From a virus (lineage: Duplodnaviria; Caudoviricetes), in IMG/VR virus record IMGVR_UViG_3300027766_000001: DNA of 64,000 nt. The stretch is one strand, 5' to 3'. Within the stretch, counting starts at the first letter, position 1. Each line of letters opens with the position of its first letter. Made by a program: the position numbers and the translations under genes. This document shows, piece after piece, positions 18,449-27,080 of the stretch. Under the pieces are notes generated by a model that searched no databases, was not told where the DNA came from, and saw nothing but the letters and a program-made list of their open reading frames with translations.

Positions 18449-18688
18449 GTGACAACTAAAACTGTAAACACTGATGCGATGTTAAACATGAAAGAAGTGG
18501 CTGATGCTTTAGGTATCGGTCAGAAAGCCTTGCGTGTCCGTCTGAGCAAAGGCAAGTTCCCAGAACCAACAGCCCGCAAAGGCGCTGAACTCTTCTGGTC
18601 GGCGAACAGTCTGCGTGGGTTTGTTGCACCCACTCAACGTGTGCTGGATGCGATCAATAATGAGTTCGATGAAGACGTCCAGTTCTAA
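18449..18688 (+). CDS. AlpA/MerR-like helix-turn-helix DNA-binding protein
   Basis: MLNMKEVADALGIGQKALRVRLSKGKFPEP...LFW pattern; GTG start with AAGGA SD. Confidence 0.75.
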   Translation: MTTKTVNTDAMLNMKEVADALGIGQKALRVRLSKGKFPEPTARKGAELFWSANSLRGFVAPTQRVLDAINNEFDEDVQF

Positions 18689-18690
18689 GA

Positions 18691-18732
18691 CGGCATAAGG
18701 AGTAGGGGTTCGCCCCCTACTCTTTTTTTTTT
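18691..18732 (+). terminator. Intrinsic terminator with CGGCATAAG flank
   Basis: GAGTAGGGG-TTCGC-CCCCTACTC then T tract. Confidence 0.85.
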
Positions 18733-18743
18733 GATCATGGAAG

Positions 18744-18768
18744 TTTCATACCTACATTACTAATGTGT
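18744..18768 (+). promoter_or_regulatory. Putative phage early promoter
   Basis: TTTCA-tac-CTACATTAC-taat-GTGT. Confidence 0.75.
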
Positions 18769-18838
18769 TCACTCACCGACATCGCTTTGATGTCATTCAA
18801 TCATTCAAGGGAGCATTGGGCTGCCCGAGGAGATTATC

Positions 18839-19546
18839 ATGCATGTATTAGAAAAAGGCACGGCCGAATTAAAGGGCAACAGTTTCAGTCTTATTTTGGG
18901 TGGAGGCGAAGGCGGTGTGACTGACCTGCTCGACCTGAAGATGAAAGTGCAGCGTAACACGGTTGCCAAGTTCCTGGACATGCTGCCGGTACTGATTCAT
19001 CGTCGTTACTGGAAAATGGATAAGATCAAATTCCACATTGACACCCCGGTTGACATGTGTCACATGATCAAAGGTGAAACACCCCGTCGGGATGAAACCA
19101 TTGAGCTCTCATCCAGCCGCCTGGAAGTGTCTGTGGACGGTAACGACATGATCTGCTCCATCAAAGGGTATCCGTTTGCCGTTAAGCTTCATGTGGATGA
19201 TTACGTCAAACGTGTGACCGAAGTCTACGCTGAACTCAATAAGGCAGAGATCTTCGTGGTGAAGCCGTTCATCGCCACCGCCACCAAAGGCAGTGAAGGG
19301 GTGAAAGGCTGTGGTCTGAACTTGCCAGGGTTTTATCCGGGTTGGTTAATGGCAGTGGTACGTAATAAAACGTGTCTGATTTCGCATTACACCCGCAGCG
19401 GCCAAGTGCACAGTAAGTATCGCCAGTACAAAGGGAGCTTACCCACCAAGACGCTGACACTGCTTGACGGTACGTGGGAGTTGAGTCGGACCGCCATGTT
19501 CGATGAAACCAAGATTTACGAATTAGCTGAAGAGTTTAGCTTTTAA
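18839..19546 (+). CDS. Hypothetical early protein
   Basis: GAGGAG SD; first gene after promoter motif. Confidence 0.8.
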   Translation: MHVLEKGTAELKGNSFSLILGGGEGGVTDLLDLKMKVQRNTVAKFLDMLPVLIHRRYWKMDKIKFHIDTPVDMCHMIKGETPRRDETIELSSSRLEVSVDGNDMICSIKGYPFAVKLHVDDYVKRVTEVYAELNKAEIFVVKPFIATATKGSEGVKGCGLNLPGFYPGWLMAVVRNKTCLISHYTRSGQVHSKYRQYKGSLPTKTLTLLDGTWELSRTAMFDETKIYELAEEFSF

Positions 19547-19595
19547 TCCATTTTAAATAGGAGGGGGTGTCCCCCTCTTTTAAGGAAACCACAAC

Positions 19596-21377
19596 ATGTC
19601 TGAACAACAGATCGACTTACTGCATGATGATGACGTTGAGTTCGAACCGGTCGTCATTTACAAACCCCGCATTCTTAACAAAATCAACATTGCGATCACC
19701 ACCCAACACTTTGGGGTAAAGCGTTATTCCATTGATTTCAATCGCTACCTGTCATCGATCTTCCAGACCCATCCTGACAAGTACCGTTACATCTCTGTTA
19801 AGAACATTCCGATTAAGCAGCGTCTTGATGCCGACGCCACATTAACTGGAAATGTCTCACTGTATCTCGAATACAATGAACACGGTTTTGTTGTGATCAC
19901 CGCGATGCTCACGGATTATTCGTTTGAACCAACTGATCCATTTACGTTTGTGTCATTCGATAACATCTTGGATATCGTTGTTGAGTCGTTAGAGGTTGAC
20001 GGACTGCACACACTGGTTACCGGTCATAAACCTCGTGCGGAACAACCACAAGCATCGTTGAAGCAGCTGACGCGTATTACCTTACAAGGTGCGCTCCTTG
20101 ATAAAGAAACCGCCGCGTACGATTTCCAGGTGCCAACCGGCGCAGGGTCATTTACCCTGATCGATAAAGACCATGCCAAGGTGGTACTGGATAACGTGCG
20201 TCTCTTTACCATCGATGAAGTCCACGGTCGCAAGATCGAAATCGGTGTGTCTCTGGAAGCGACATCGATCGATCAACAACTGCTGGTCACCGGTGTGCGT
20301 GTCATCGCGCCGGTCGTGTACCGTAAAGACCTGAGCCACGAGTGGGTGAAGCGTCAGACGGACACGGCTGAGTTCTTTGGCTGGGTCAGTGAAGTCGAAG
20401 CGGATGAGTCGGTGACCGTGTCACTTGATATGCCGGAAGATTACATGCTGCATCCGTATGTGTATCGTGAAGGCATGAACCATCACCCTGCCTATCCGGG
20501 TATCTGGGTAGCGTACAACAACTGGCGTCTGAAAGACCGTTACGACATTCAGTTGAAGAACGGTGAACGTTGGCAGTACTATTTCCCGAACGGTGGATCG
20601 TTTGCTAAATGGACTGATGCCCACGATGGCCCACAGCGTGTAGAAGATGACGAAATCGCCATGATACGGTTAATCCCGGATGAAGAGATCACGGAGAAGT
20701 ATCACTTCAAAGGTAAAGATCGTCTGGAGCGTAACGTCAAGATGTTTGGTAATGCGCTGCCGGAAGTTGAAGAACTGGCGGATGGCACTATCAATTTCCG
20801 AAACACGTATCGTCGTCACTTCCGTGATGAGCAGATCTCCTCGCATGAAGTTCCGGGTGATGTGTTCAACAGCGGACCAACACACTACCTGATGGCACAC
20901 GAGTATACCCTGACCGAAATCCTGCACATGCCGTTTAAGGTTGGTGAACCGCTGTATAAAGCTGCGGTGCATTATCTGAAAACAGCAGTGAAGGGTAAGG
21001 TGTTCCGCGGGATGGCATTGATCCAGGATAAAACGCACGGTTACATCGGCTCCATTGATGACCATAACTTTGCGGACCCAGAGATCGACTGGGTGATCCG
21101 TCAGCTGATCAATGTGGCGAAGGAGCTGCCAGAGCGCCCTAAGGTAAAGAACGTCGGCAGTATCGGTCACGTCTCCCAGCACAACGTCGGCGAACTTGTT
21201 GATATCTTGAGCCGCCCACGTGGTAAGGACGAAGGTAAACACAACTTAAGCGGTAACGGTCGTGCGATCCCTGCCGGTGGTACTAGCCTCGGTCGTTCGA
21301 AAACCAACAAGGCGGATAAGAAAGCCGCTAAGAAAGCCAAAGTCAAAATGATGAAGGCGCAACGGGAGCAACAATGA
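19596..21377 (+). CDS. Large hypothetical protein with EF-Tu-like NVGSIGHV motif and Lys-rich tail
   Basis: AAGGA SD; 593 aa; ERPKVKNVGSIGHV near C-terminus. Confidence 0.75.
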   Translation: MSEQQIDLLHDDDVEFEPVVIYKPRILNKINIAITTQHFGVKRYSIDFNRYLSSIFQTHPDKYRYISVKNIPIKQRLDADATLTGNVSLYLEYNEHGFVVITAMLTDYSFEPTDPFTFVSFDNILDIVVESLEVDGLHTLVTGHKPRAEQPQASLKQLTRITLQGALLDKETAAYDFQVPTGAGSFTLIDKDHAKVVLDNVRLFTIDEVHGRKIEIGVSLEATSIDQQLLVTGVRVIAPVVYRKDLSHEWVKRQTDTAEFFGWVSEVEADESVTVSLDMPEDYMLHPYVYREGMNHHPAYPGIWVAYNNWRLKDRYDIQLKNGERWQYYFPNGGSFAKWTDAHDGPQRVEDDEIAMIRLIPDEEITEKYHFKGKDRLERNVKMFGNALPEVEELADGTINFRNTYRRHFRDEQISSHEVPGDVFNSGPTHYLMAHEYTLTEILHMPFKVGEPLYKAAVHYLKTAVKGKVFRGMALIQDKTHGYIGSIDDHNFADPEIDWVIRQLINVAKELPERPKVKNVGSIGHVSQHNVGELVDILSRPRGKDEGKHNLSGNGRAIPAGGTSLGRSKTNKADKKAAKKAKVKMMKAQREQQ

Positions 21378-21829
21378 TTGTAGAAACCGTTACACACTGG
21401 GCGCATGTCAAACTAACCCTGGGCGTGGATCCAACCAAGTACATTCATGTATTGGTCCCAAGTACCCCTGGTGAGGCACCCCATCTCCATTATCGCTTCA
21501 GTAAGACCGCTTCACCTACCTCGCTGTGCGCAGGCTGGTCAATCAACTACCGCGAATGTCTTGTCAGCGGTCTTGAGTTTATCTTTGATCGCAATTACCC
21601 GCAGGTCATTGATTTAATTGAAACGGTCAAAGAGTCATTGCGTCCGCTGATTGATAACAGGGTAATCATTTTGGCGTCAGACGATGCGTTTATTGAGTGG
21701 TTGAGTTGTGGGAGTGGTCGAACCATCAAATGGCATAATGGTAACAGTGCTAAAGACAGCAAGTGTCGCTATCTGCTGGTTGAGGTGTCTGAATTTACTA
21801 ACGAGCCAGAGGTAAGTGATGGTGATTAA
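21374..21829 (+). CDS. Hypothetical protein
   Basis: ATGA overlap with upstream gene. Confidence 0.7.
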   Translation: MIVETVTHWAHVKLTLGVDPTKYIHVLVPSTPGEAPHLHYRFSKTASPTSLCAGWSINYRECLVSGLEFIFDRNYPQVIDLIETVKESLRPLIDNRVIILASDDAFIEWLSCGSGRTIKWHNGNSAKDSKCRYLLVEVSEFTNEPEVSDGD

Positions 21830-22220
21830 ATCTTGCCCGTTGTGTGCTTCTTCTGCCAAGACCATTAAGTATGCGTTGGTGTTCTGGATGGTGAAGTGCA
21901 CCAGCTGCATGCTGAAGTTAAAAGACATGCACACCAGTGAAGACGCAGCGATCAAAGCCTGGAACACACGCCTCACTGATCAAGACCGCCGTAACCAGAG
22001 CAGTAAGCGTTGGAGCAAACAGGCGTTCTTTGAAATCGTGGCAACACGTACCGGTGAAGTCCTTGAGCGTTGGTTAGAGGACGACACCGATATTGCGGTG
22101 CTGGTGTGTTACGGGTTCAGCTGGGATTGTCATGATCGTGCCAAAGACTACGGTCAGGTCGATCGTTACAGCGGACGCTTAGCGGGGCCGGTTGAACTGC
22201 GTTATTACGACGAGGTGTAA
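21816..22220 (+). CDS. Lar-like restriction-alleviation zinc-finger domain protein
   Basis: KSCPLC...CTSC...SEDAAIKAWNTR matches the Lar family pattern CPFCG...C..C...EAIAAWNRR. Confidence 0.7.
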   Translation: MMVIKSCPLCASSAKTIKYALVFWMVKCTSCMLKLKDMHTSEDAAIKAWNTRLTDQDRRNQSSKRWSKQAFFEIVATRTGEVLERWLEDDTDIAVLVCYGFSWDCHDRAKDYGQVDRYSGRLAGPVELRYYDEV

Positions 22221-22221
22221 C

Positions 22222-22425
22222 ATGGTGGCTGAGAAACCCGGTACGTTGAAATTCTTTCGTGATGGTCAATTGCTGACTACCTGGAAAGAAGATGAGCCCG
22301 TGCCTGAATCTGCTCGTCGCTGTTGCGCCACTTCTACTGACCCTGCCTATGCGAAGGAACACGGCGAAAGCTGCTGGTACTCTGCAGGGCATTGTCGGGT
22401 GGAGTATCATAAACCTGAATCATAA
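22222..22425 (+). CDS. Small Cys-containing hypothetical protein
   Basis: GAGGTG SD before ATG 22222. Confidence 0.65.
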   Translation: MVAEKPGTLKFFRDGQLLTTWKEDEPVPESARRCCATSTDPAYAKEHGESCWYSAGHCRVEYHKPES

Positions 22426-22434
22426 GGACATCGC

Positions 22435-22920
22435 ATGTACAATCCTGCAGCTCCTATCCTGGAAGTAGGGAAATCCTACTTGGTAGGAGAGTCCCAACGT
22501 GGCTTACTGATCACCAATGAGATTTCGATCTTACCGGTGTTGGTAACCATGAACCTGGCTGACCTGACTCAAACGGTACTGGTGCGTGGCCGTAGCTTTA
22601 CCGAACTGGGTGATTTCCTCAATAAACTGCATGCAGGTCAAATCCATGTGGGTGAGGTATTAGTCACTAAAGGCAACACCCGTATTGAACTGCCGCCGGC
22701 GTTAGCCGCCTCGTATCAAGCCCCAACCTGCTCTACCTTTATTACCATGGTAATGATGGCAGCGGCGAAAGGGTTCTCAGTCACGGTGCTCGGTGGTCAT
22801 ACGGAATCGTTCGACACGGACAAGCGTCGCTTCCTGCCAGAGATCATGCACTACCAATTGTGCTGGGTCGATCACAACGGCTACCACATCCCGTTTGTTG
22901 ACATTGAAGAGGTCATGTAA
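22435..22920 (+). CDS. Hypothetical protein
   Basis: AAGGA SD. Confidence 0.75.
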   Translation: MYNPAAPILEVGKSYLVGESQRGLLITNEISILPVLVTMNLADLTQTVLVRGRSFTELGDFLNKLHAGQIHVGEVLVTKGNTRIELPPALAASYQAPTCSTFITMVMMAAAKGFSVTVLGGHTESFDTDKRRFLPEIMHYQLCWVDHNGYHIPFVDIEEVM

Positions 22921-23237
22921 TGTCGTCAGAGAAAATTGTTACTGCCGTAATCGTTCGTAACACCGTTGAAAACATCACGTACCCGATGCGGATTGTCGAT
23001 AATGATAAGTACGATGCTTATGATGCGGCAATAGCTGCATTACCACTGCCGCACAACGCCAAGATTGAAAACATCGCCGGTGCATTTGCAGGCCATGTAA
23101 AAGCACAGCCTGAAAGTAACGAGGTCGTCTGCATCCGCGTTGGCCCGTTGGAAGGCCAGGTTGTTTGTTGTGCCGAAAGCAAGGTTGTTGTGAAGTACGT
23201 AAACGGCGAACCTGTCTTCGTTAAACCTGGGGAGTAA
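22920..23237 (+). CDS. Hypothetical protein
   Basis: TAATG coupling, GAGG SD. Confidence 0.75.
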   Translation: MSSEKIVTAVIVRNTVENITYPMRIVDNDKYDAYDAAIAALPLPHNAKIENIAGAFAGHVKAQPESNEVVCIRVGPLEGQVVCCAESKVVVKYVNGEPVFVKPGE

Positions 23238-23241
23238 CATC

Positions 23242-23547
23242 ATGATCATCGCACTGTATATTGCGAAACAAGGGCTGGTCAAACATCATCCGATCTTCAG
23301 AGTTGAGCCGGATAAAGTCGATGATCTGAAAACCCCCATTGCCGCCCATCTGCACGAGCAAGGTGAAACCAAGGAACTGGCTGATCATTACGCTGATCGG
23401 TTAATTTATTTCATCAAGCGACTGCGTCCTGACACCGTGGATGGTTTCCTCTTCAGCGACTTTAAAGCACGTGTGGTTTACTTACACCCTACCGACTTCT
23501 ATGTGGATTATTCTGAACCGCATAAACCGAAGTTCGTTATTGTATGA
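23242..23547 (+). CDS. Hypothetical protein
   Basis: GGGGAG SD. Confidence 0.75.
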   Translation: MIIALYIAKQGLVKHHPIFRVEPDKVDDLKTPIAAHLHEQGETKELADHYADRLIYFIKRLRPDTVDGFLFSDFKARVVYLHPTDFYVDYSEPHKPKFVIV

Positions 23548-23560
23548 GTAACATGTGTTT

Positions 23561-23745
23561 GCGACATCAACATCGATAGTCGCTCAAAAGAGGTGATCCA
23601 TTATCTCCCATGGGGAAGGGTTAGACTCCGGCTGCGGTTGCATGACCGTATGTGGAATTGCCACAGTCGTTAGATTTAGGCAGTCCCGCGTTCGCTTCGC
23701 CTGTAACTCAAATGCCGGAGGTAACCCCTCCGGCTTTTTATGCCG
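23561..23745 (+). ncRNA. Candidate structured RNA ending in a terminator
   Basis: Non-coding gap of about 215 nt with several hairpins, a three-way junction and terminator GCCGGAGG/CCTCCGGC. Confidence 0.35.
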
Positions 23746-23762
23746 CTTAAAAGGAAACATGT

Positions 23763-24392
23763 ATGAATTTGATGAAACAACCAGAGTTAGATGCTGTACT
23801 AAGAAGCATCGGTGACACCACCCCGCTGTCAGGTCAGATCATTCCCTGGAACTGGATGAGTACCGATTTCTTTAGCGTGCTCCCGGGTCGTCACCGACAT
23901 CAACCTGATCTGCGTAACGTAACGGGTTATTGCCAACCCTTTAAGCGTCCGATCGAGCTGGAAGAAGAAGTCAAATACTGGCCGTACTTTGTCGCGCAGT
24001 ATGTTGATAATGAAAACCAGAGCATCGAGAACTGCAGTATCGAATACGGCCTTTATCTCGAAGGTGAAACTGACCACTACTATATCGACTTGACGGGTTG
24101 GCACATCAGTCGCCACAAGCAAGAACGTACGCATCATGCGGGGGTCAAAACCGGCATGACTGATTACGCCAGTCAAGTGGTCTTCGCGCATTATCCGTGG
24201 ATCCGCCATCTGCTGGAAACGTTCTGCGAACAGATGGCATTGCGTGAACGTTGCGCCGGTATTCCGTATCTGGCTTCGTTGGCGAACCATCACTTAGTGA
24301 GCGTGTACCGTGATGGCGGGGTGGATCGATCGTCGATCATCGCCGAGCTGAGTTTCAACCGTCCACTGAAACATTTAATTTGGGGTAAGTAA
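23763..24392 (+). CDS. Hypothetical protein
   Basis: AAGGA SD. Confidence 0.75.
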   Translation: MNLMKQPELDAVLRSIGDTTPLSGQIIPWNWMSTDFFSVLPGRHRHQPDLRNVTGYCQPFKRPIELEEEVKYWPYFVAQYVDNENQSIENCSIEYGLYLEGETDHYYIDLTGWHISRHKQERTHHAGVKTGMTDYASQVVFAHYPWIRHLLETFCEQMALRERCAGIPYLASLANHHLVSVYRDGGVDRSSIIAELSFNRPLKHLIWGK

Positions 24393-24393
24393 C

Positions 24394-24804
24394 ATGACAA
24401 CGATTGTTGCCTTTCTGGTAAAGGATGCAGACGAAGATGAACAAGCCGGTGTGATCATTCGTGGTGACCGTCTGTCGTTCTCCGATATCCAATCCATGGT
24501 AAACCACGTTGGTTACCATTCTGACCTGCGTGATAAGTTCGATCTACCCATGGCAGACTATGAGCCCACGCTTGGTCTGGAGTCAGTGGATGGCGTGATG
24601 CTGGGTCAGTTTGTGTATCACAATGTATCTCGCCGGAATTGGGCGGTGGATGTGGTTGAGGCGTTAATTCAGCAACATCCCGAATTGTCTATCACTCGCA
24701 CATCAGCCTCAGCACTGGCGACAATGGTGCGATCGACCATGAAAGAAATCACCCTGATGGATCTTGCGGGTGAGTGGCAAGGTATTGCCTGCGTGGAGGT
24801 ATAA
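24394..24804 (+). CDS. Hypothetical protein
   Basis: Operon ORF. Confidence 0.75.
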   Translation: MTTIVAFLVKDADEDEQAGVIIRGDRLSFSDIQSMVNHVGYHSDLRDKFDLPMADYEPTLGLESVDGVMLGQFVYHNVSRRNWAVDVVEALIQQHPELSITRTSASALATMVRSTMKEITLMDLAGEWQGIACVEV

Positions 24805-25139
24805 TGAGCCGCATTGACGAAGACGAAATCAAAGCAGTCGGCGATCTCGTCGACGCCTTGGTGCGGTTAGCAAATCGTAAAGACATGCCGGATAACCCCC
24901 GGCGTGATCTCAATGATCAAAACATCTTGCGCTTGATGTCACCTGAATTAAAAGAGCTGGTTACCAAAGTCAAGATGGGGGTTTACGCGGTTGGCTTTGA
25001 TGCTGATTCGCGCAGGGCTGTCGTGTCGCTATCTAAACTTGATAAGGTATCGATCAAGTGGATCCCTGGCGAACAAGACAGTTGTGGTTGGCTCTCTGCG
25101 AAGCTTGTGATGAGCAAAGGTTTTGTGCTGTTTGCCTGA
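24804..25139 (+). CDS. Hypothetical protein, paralogue of 29453 gene
   Basis: GGAGG SD before ATG 24804; C-terminus DSCGWLSAKLVMSKGFVLFA. Confidence 0.7.
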   Translation: MSRIDEDEIKAVGDLVDALVRLANRKDMPDNPRRDLNDQNILRLMSPELKELVTKVKMGVYAVGFDADSRRAVVSLSKLDKVSIKWIPGEQDSCGWLSAKLVMSKGFVLFA

Positions 25140-25223
25140 ATATGTATTTGTTAACATATGTGTTCCCATCATTTGAAAAGCAGCTTTGCCGATCACCTTG
25201 TTTCATTTAGTAAGGGATGCATC

Positions 25224-25850
25224 ATGATACACGCATTACTTGCAAATTCAGAATCCGGGAGTGGGGAAGAGGTTCCCACCGCGACAGTTCCTGCGGCAAC
25301 CCTCTTCAGCGTCACTACCCCTGAGTCTGCTGTACAATTTAGCACCCCCTTTTGTGACAGTAGCCCATCAGCAGGAGCGAGTTACCCAACGTTACGCGTA
25401 AGCAACCAATGGCTGGACGGTCGTCGTCACGACGAAGAGACCCAACAGTGGTGGCAACAAGAACGTTTGGCGACTGCACGTGGCTTCATCAGAGACGGCG
25501 CCATGGATTTTACGACGGCATTGGTGAAATTCAAAAGCCTCGTCGATGATTTAAAAGCGATGCATCAAGCCCAAAGCGGGCCTGAAAACAAACCTGTAGT
25601 GTTCTTTCGTGGTCGTCTTATTGACGATACTTATCAACATCTTGTTGCTGGCCAGTCTGGAGCTGACCCCGGTCACTCCTTTGGTTGGCGCCGCGAGGTA
25701 AGGACCTATATCGATGCCAAACTAACCACCATCGGGTACATCCCGGACTTCAAACCGTTCCCGGGTCTTCCGTGTTGCCACACGACGCAAGACACTACTT
25801 CCTTGTGCGGAGTAGCTCACCGGGCACTATTGCACACACCTGTCTCATAG
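25224..25850 (+). CDS. Degenerate 3'-5' exonuclease (DEDDh, Rv2179c/Exo VIII-like)
   Basis: TQQWWQQ..AR, FFRGRLIDD, WRREVRTYID and H.TQD motifs; ExoI motif reads NSE instead of DxE. Confidence 0.55.
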   Translation: MIHALLANSESGSGEEVPTATVPAATLFSVTTPESAVQFSTPFCDSSPSAGASYPTLRVSNQWLDGRRHDEETQQWWQQERLATARGFIRDGAMDFTTALVKFKSLVDDLKAMHQAQSGPENKPVVFFRGRLIDDTYQHLVAGQSGADPGHSFGWRREVRTYIDAKLTTIGYIPDFKPFPGLPCCHTTQDTTSLCGVAHRALLHTPVS

Positions 25851-25854
25851 ACGC

Positions 25855-26031
25855 TCAGCTGTCAGCATTTAGCTGAACCCTAACAACTCGTCACTGTTAG
25901 GTCGTTGCTCTGCCTTAAGTGTGTGTAAGAAACGGCATGAAAGTCAAGACAGTTGGATCTGTCGATGGCGACTGCCCCGTTCGGCCTAGCCACCGAGCAG
26001 GGAATCAGTATCTAAAGATTCGGAGGATCAA
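25855..26031 (+). ncRNA. Candidate structured RNA or 5' leader
   Basis: 180-nt gap with at least five hairpins and a closing TGCTC/GAGCA helix; last hairpin abuts the SD. Confidence 0.35.
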
Positions 26032-26478
26032 ATGACTTACTCTAACGTTACTAACTATTGGGCTGAAGTTAACACTCACGCGGGAGTCGGATCTCTATCC
26101 GCTGCCGATGTTTCGCAAGTATTCCACCCGTTCACACTGCAGGTGATCTTGCACGGACTGAATATCAATGACATCAAACAACCCGGGGTGACGTTCACCG
26201 GCCGTTGTCTGGAGTTAGCTAATATTAACACGCATCAGTCCCCCATCAAAACCTTTATCTGTCGGTTCGATTTCCAGGGAACCAGAATGATCCGTTCGTT
26301 GGTCGTGACAGTGAAGATGGATCTCACTACCCAACAAGTATCAGCCGTGCCGCTGGTTGGTTGGGATGTACGTGGCATGTCTATTTCAGATGCACTGGAC
26401 ATGCGTACTGGCATGGAAATTTACGGCTCGTACGGCAACATAAAAGCTTGTGCTGATTGGCTCATGGCCGCAGCATAA
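26032..26478 (+). CDS. Hypothetical protein
   Basis: GGAGG SD. Confidence 0.75.
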   Translation: MTYSNVTNYWAEVNTHAGVGSLSAADVSQVFHPFTLQVILHGLNINDIKQPGVTFTGRCLELANINTHQSPIKTFICRFDFQGTRMIRSLVVTVKMDLTTQQVSAVPLVGWDVRGMSISDALDMRTGMEIYGSYGNIKACADWLMAAA

Positions 26479-26546
26479 TACTCGGGTTGGCGTCCGTCTC
26501 TCTGGGTGGGCGCCCCACCTTCCTCTCTAATACGGGAATCACGCTA

Positions 26547-26984
26547 ATGCTAAAGATCTTTAATGTCTGCTTAGATGCCATCAACAAGTGCATCAAAAAT
26601 CTCCTGGAAGATGGGTTACTGTGCATCAGCAATGATTTCAGTGATCAAATCAAACCTTATCAGCGTAACGCAGTTGACAACCTCGCTGAAGGGTGTGACA
26701 TCACGGAAATCACTGGGTGCCATCTGCCTTCTGTTGATATCCACGGGATGCCTACGGACTCGATGGTCGTTGGGGTGCAGTACACAAAAGACAACCGTTT
26801 GCATTGGACCTCTGCATTAGTGGTATCCAACCCCGCTACTGAATGGACCAATGTGTCAGTGTTAGAATCACTGACCGCCGCAACTGGCGTAGACGAGGAC
26901 GACATCAAGATCGTCCAGGGCTACCCGTCAATTGCAACTGCTGGTGAAATGTCTTTGAACGCTTTGACTACTAAGTCACTTTAA
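26547..26984 (+). CDS. Hypothetical protein
   Basis: GGGA SD before ATG 26547. Confidence 0.65.
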   Translation: MLKIFNVCLDAINKCIKNLLEDGLLCISNDFSDQIKPYQRNAVDNLAEGCDITEITGCHLPSVDIHGMPTDSMVVGVQYTKDNRLHWTSALVVSNPATEWTNVSVLESLTAATGVDEDDIKIVQGYPSIATAGEMSLNALTTKSL

Positions 26985-27080
26985 TTACTTACAGCAATTC
27001 TTTGTGTTACTCAGTTTGAAAACTTAGGCGATTTACATTCGTTACTAGTTGGTTCGATATCCGAACGAAGGGCATAATAA

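Noticed and set aside
18449-18688. Excisionase indicating a prophage or integrative element
   Set aside because: No integrase or att-like repeats; context is a lytic jumbo-phage operon
23545-23673. Possible TGA readthrough extending gene 23242 by about 40 codons
   Set aside because: Extension has no protein-like features and overlaps the stems; TGA is used as a normal stop throughout
25964-26006. Partial likeness to cobalamin (ACTGCCCCG, GCCAC, GAGCAGGGAA) and fluoride (GATGG...GCC) riboswitches
   Set aside because: Conserved elements are missing or in the wrong order; kept only as an unclassified structured RNA
27038-27072. Hairpin (TTCGTT/AACGAA) next to the thyA SD as an autoregulatory operator
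   Set aside because: A single modest stem of a kind common by chance; insufficient support without conservation data
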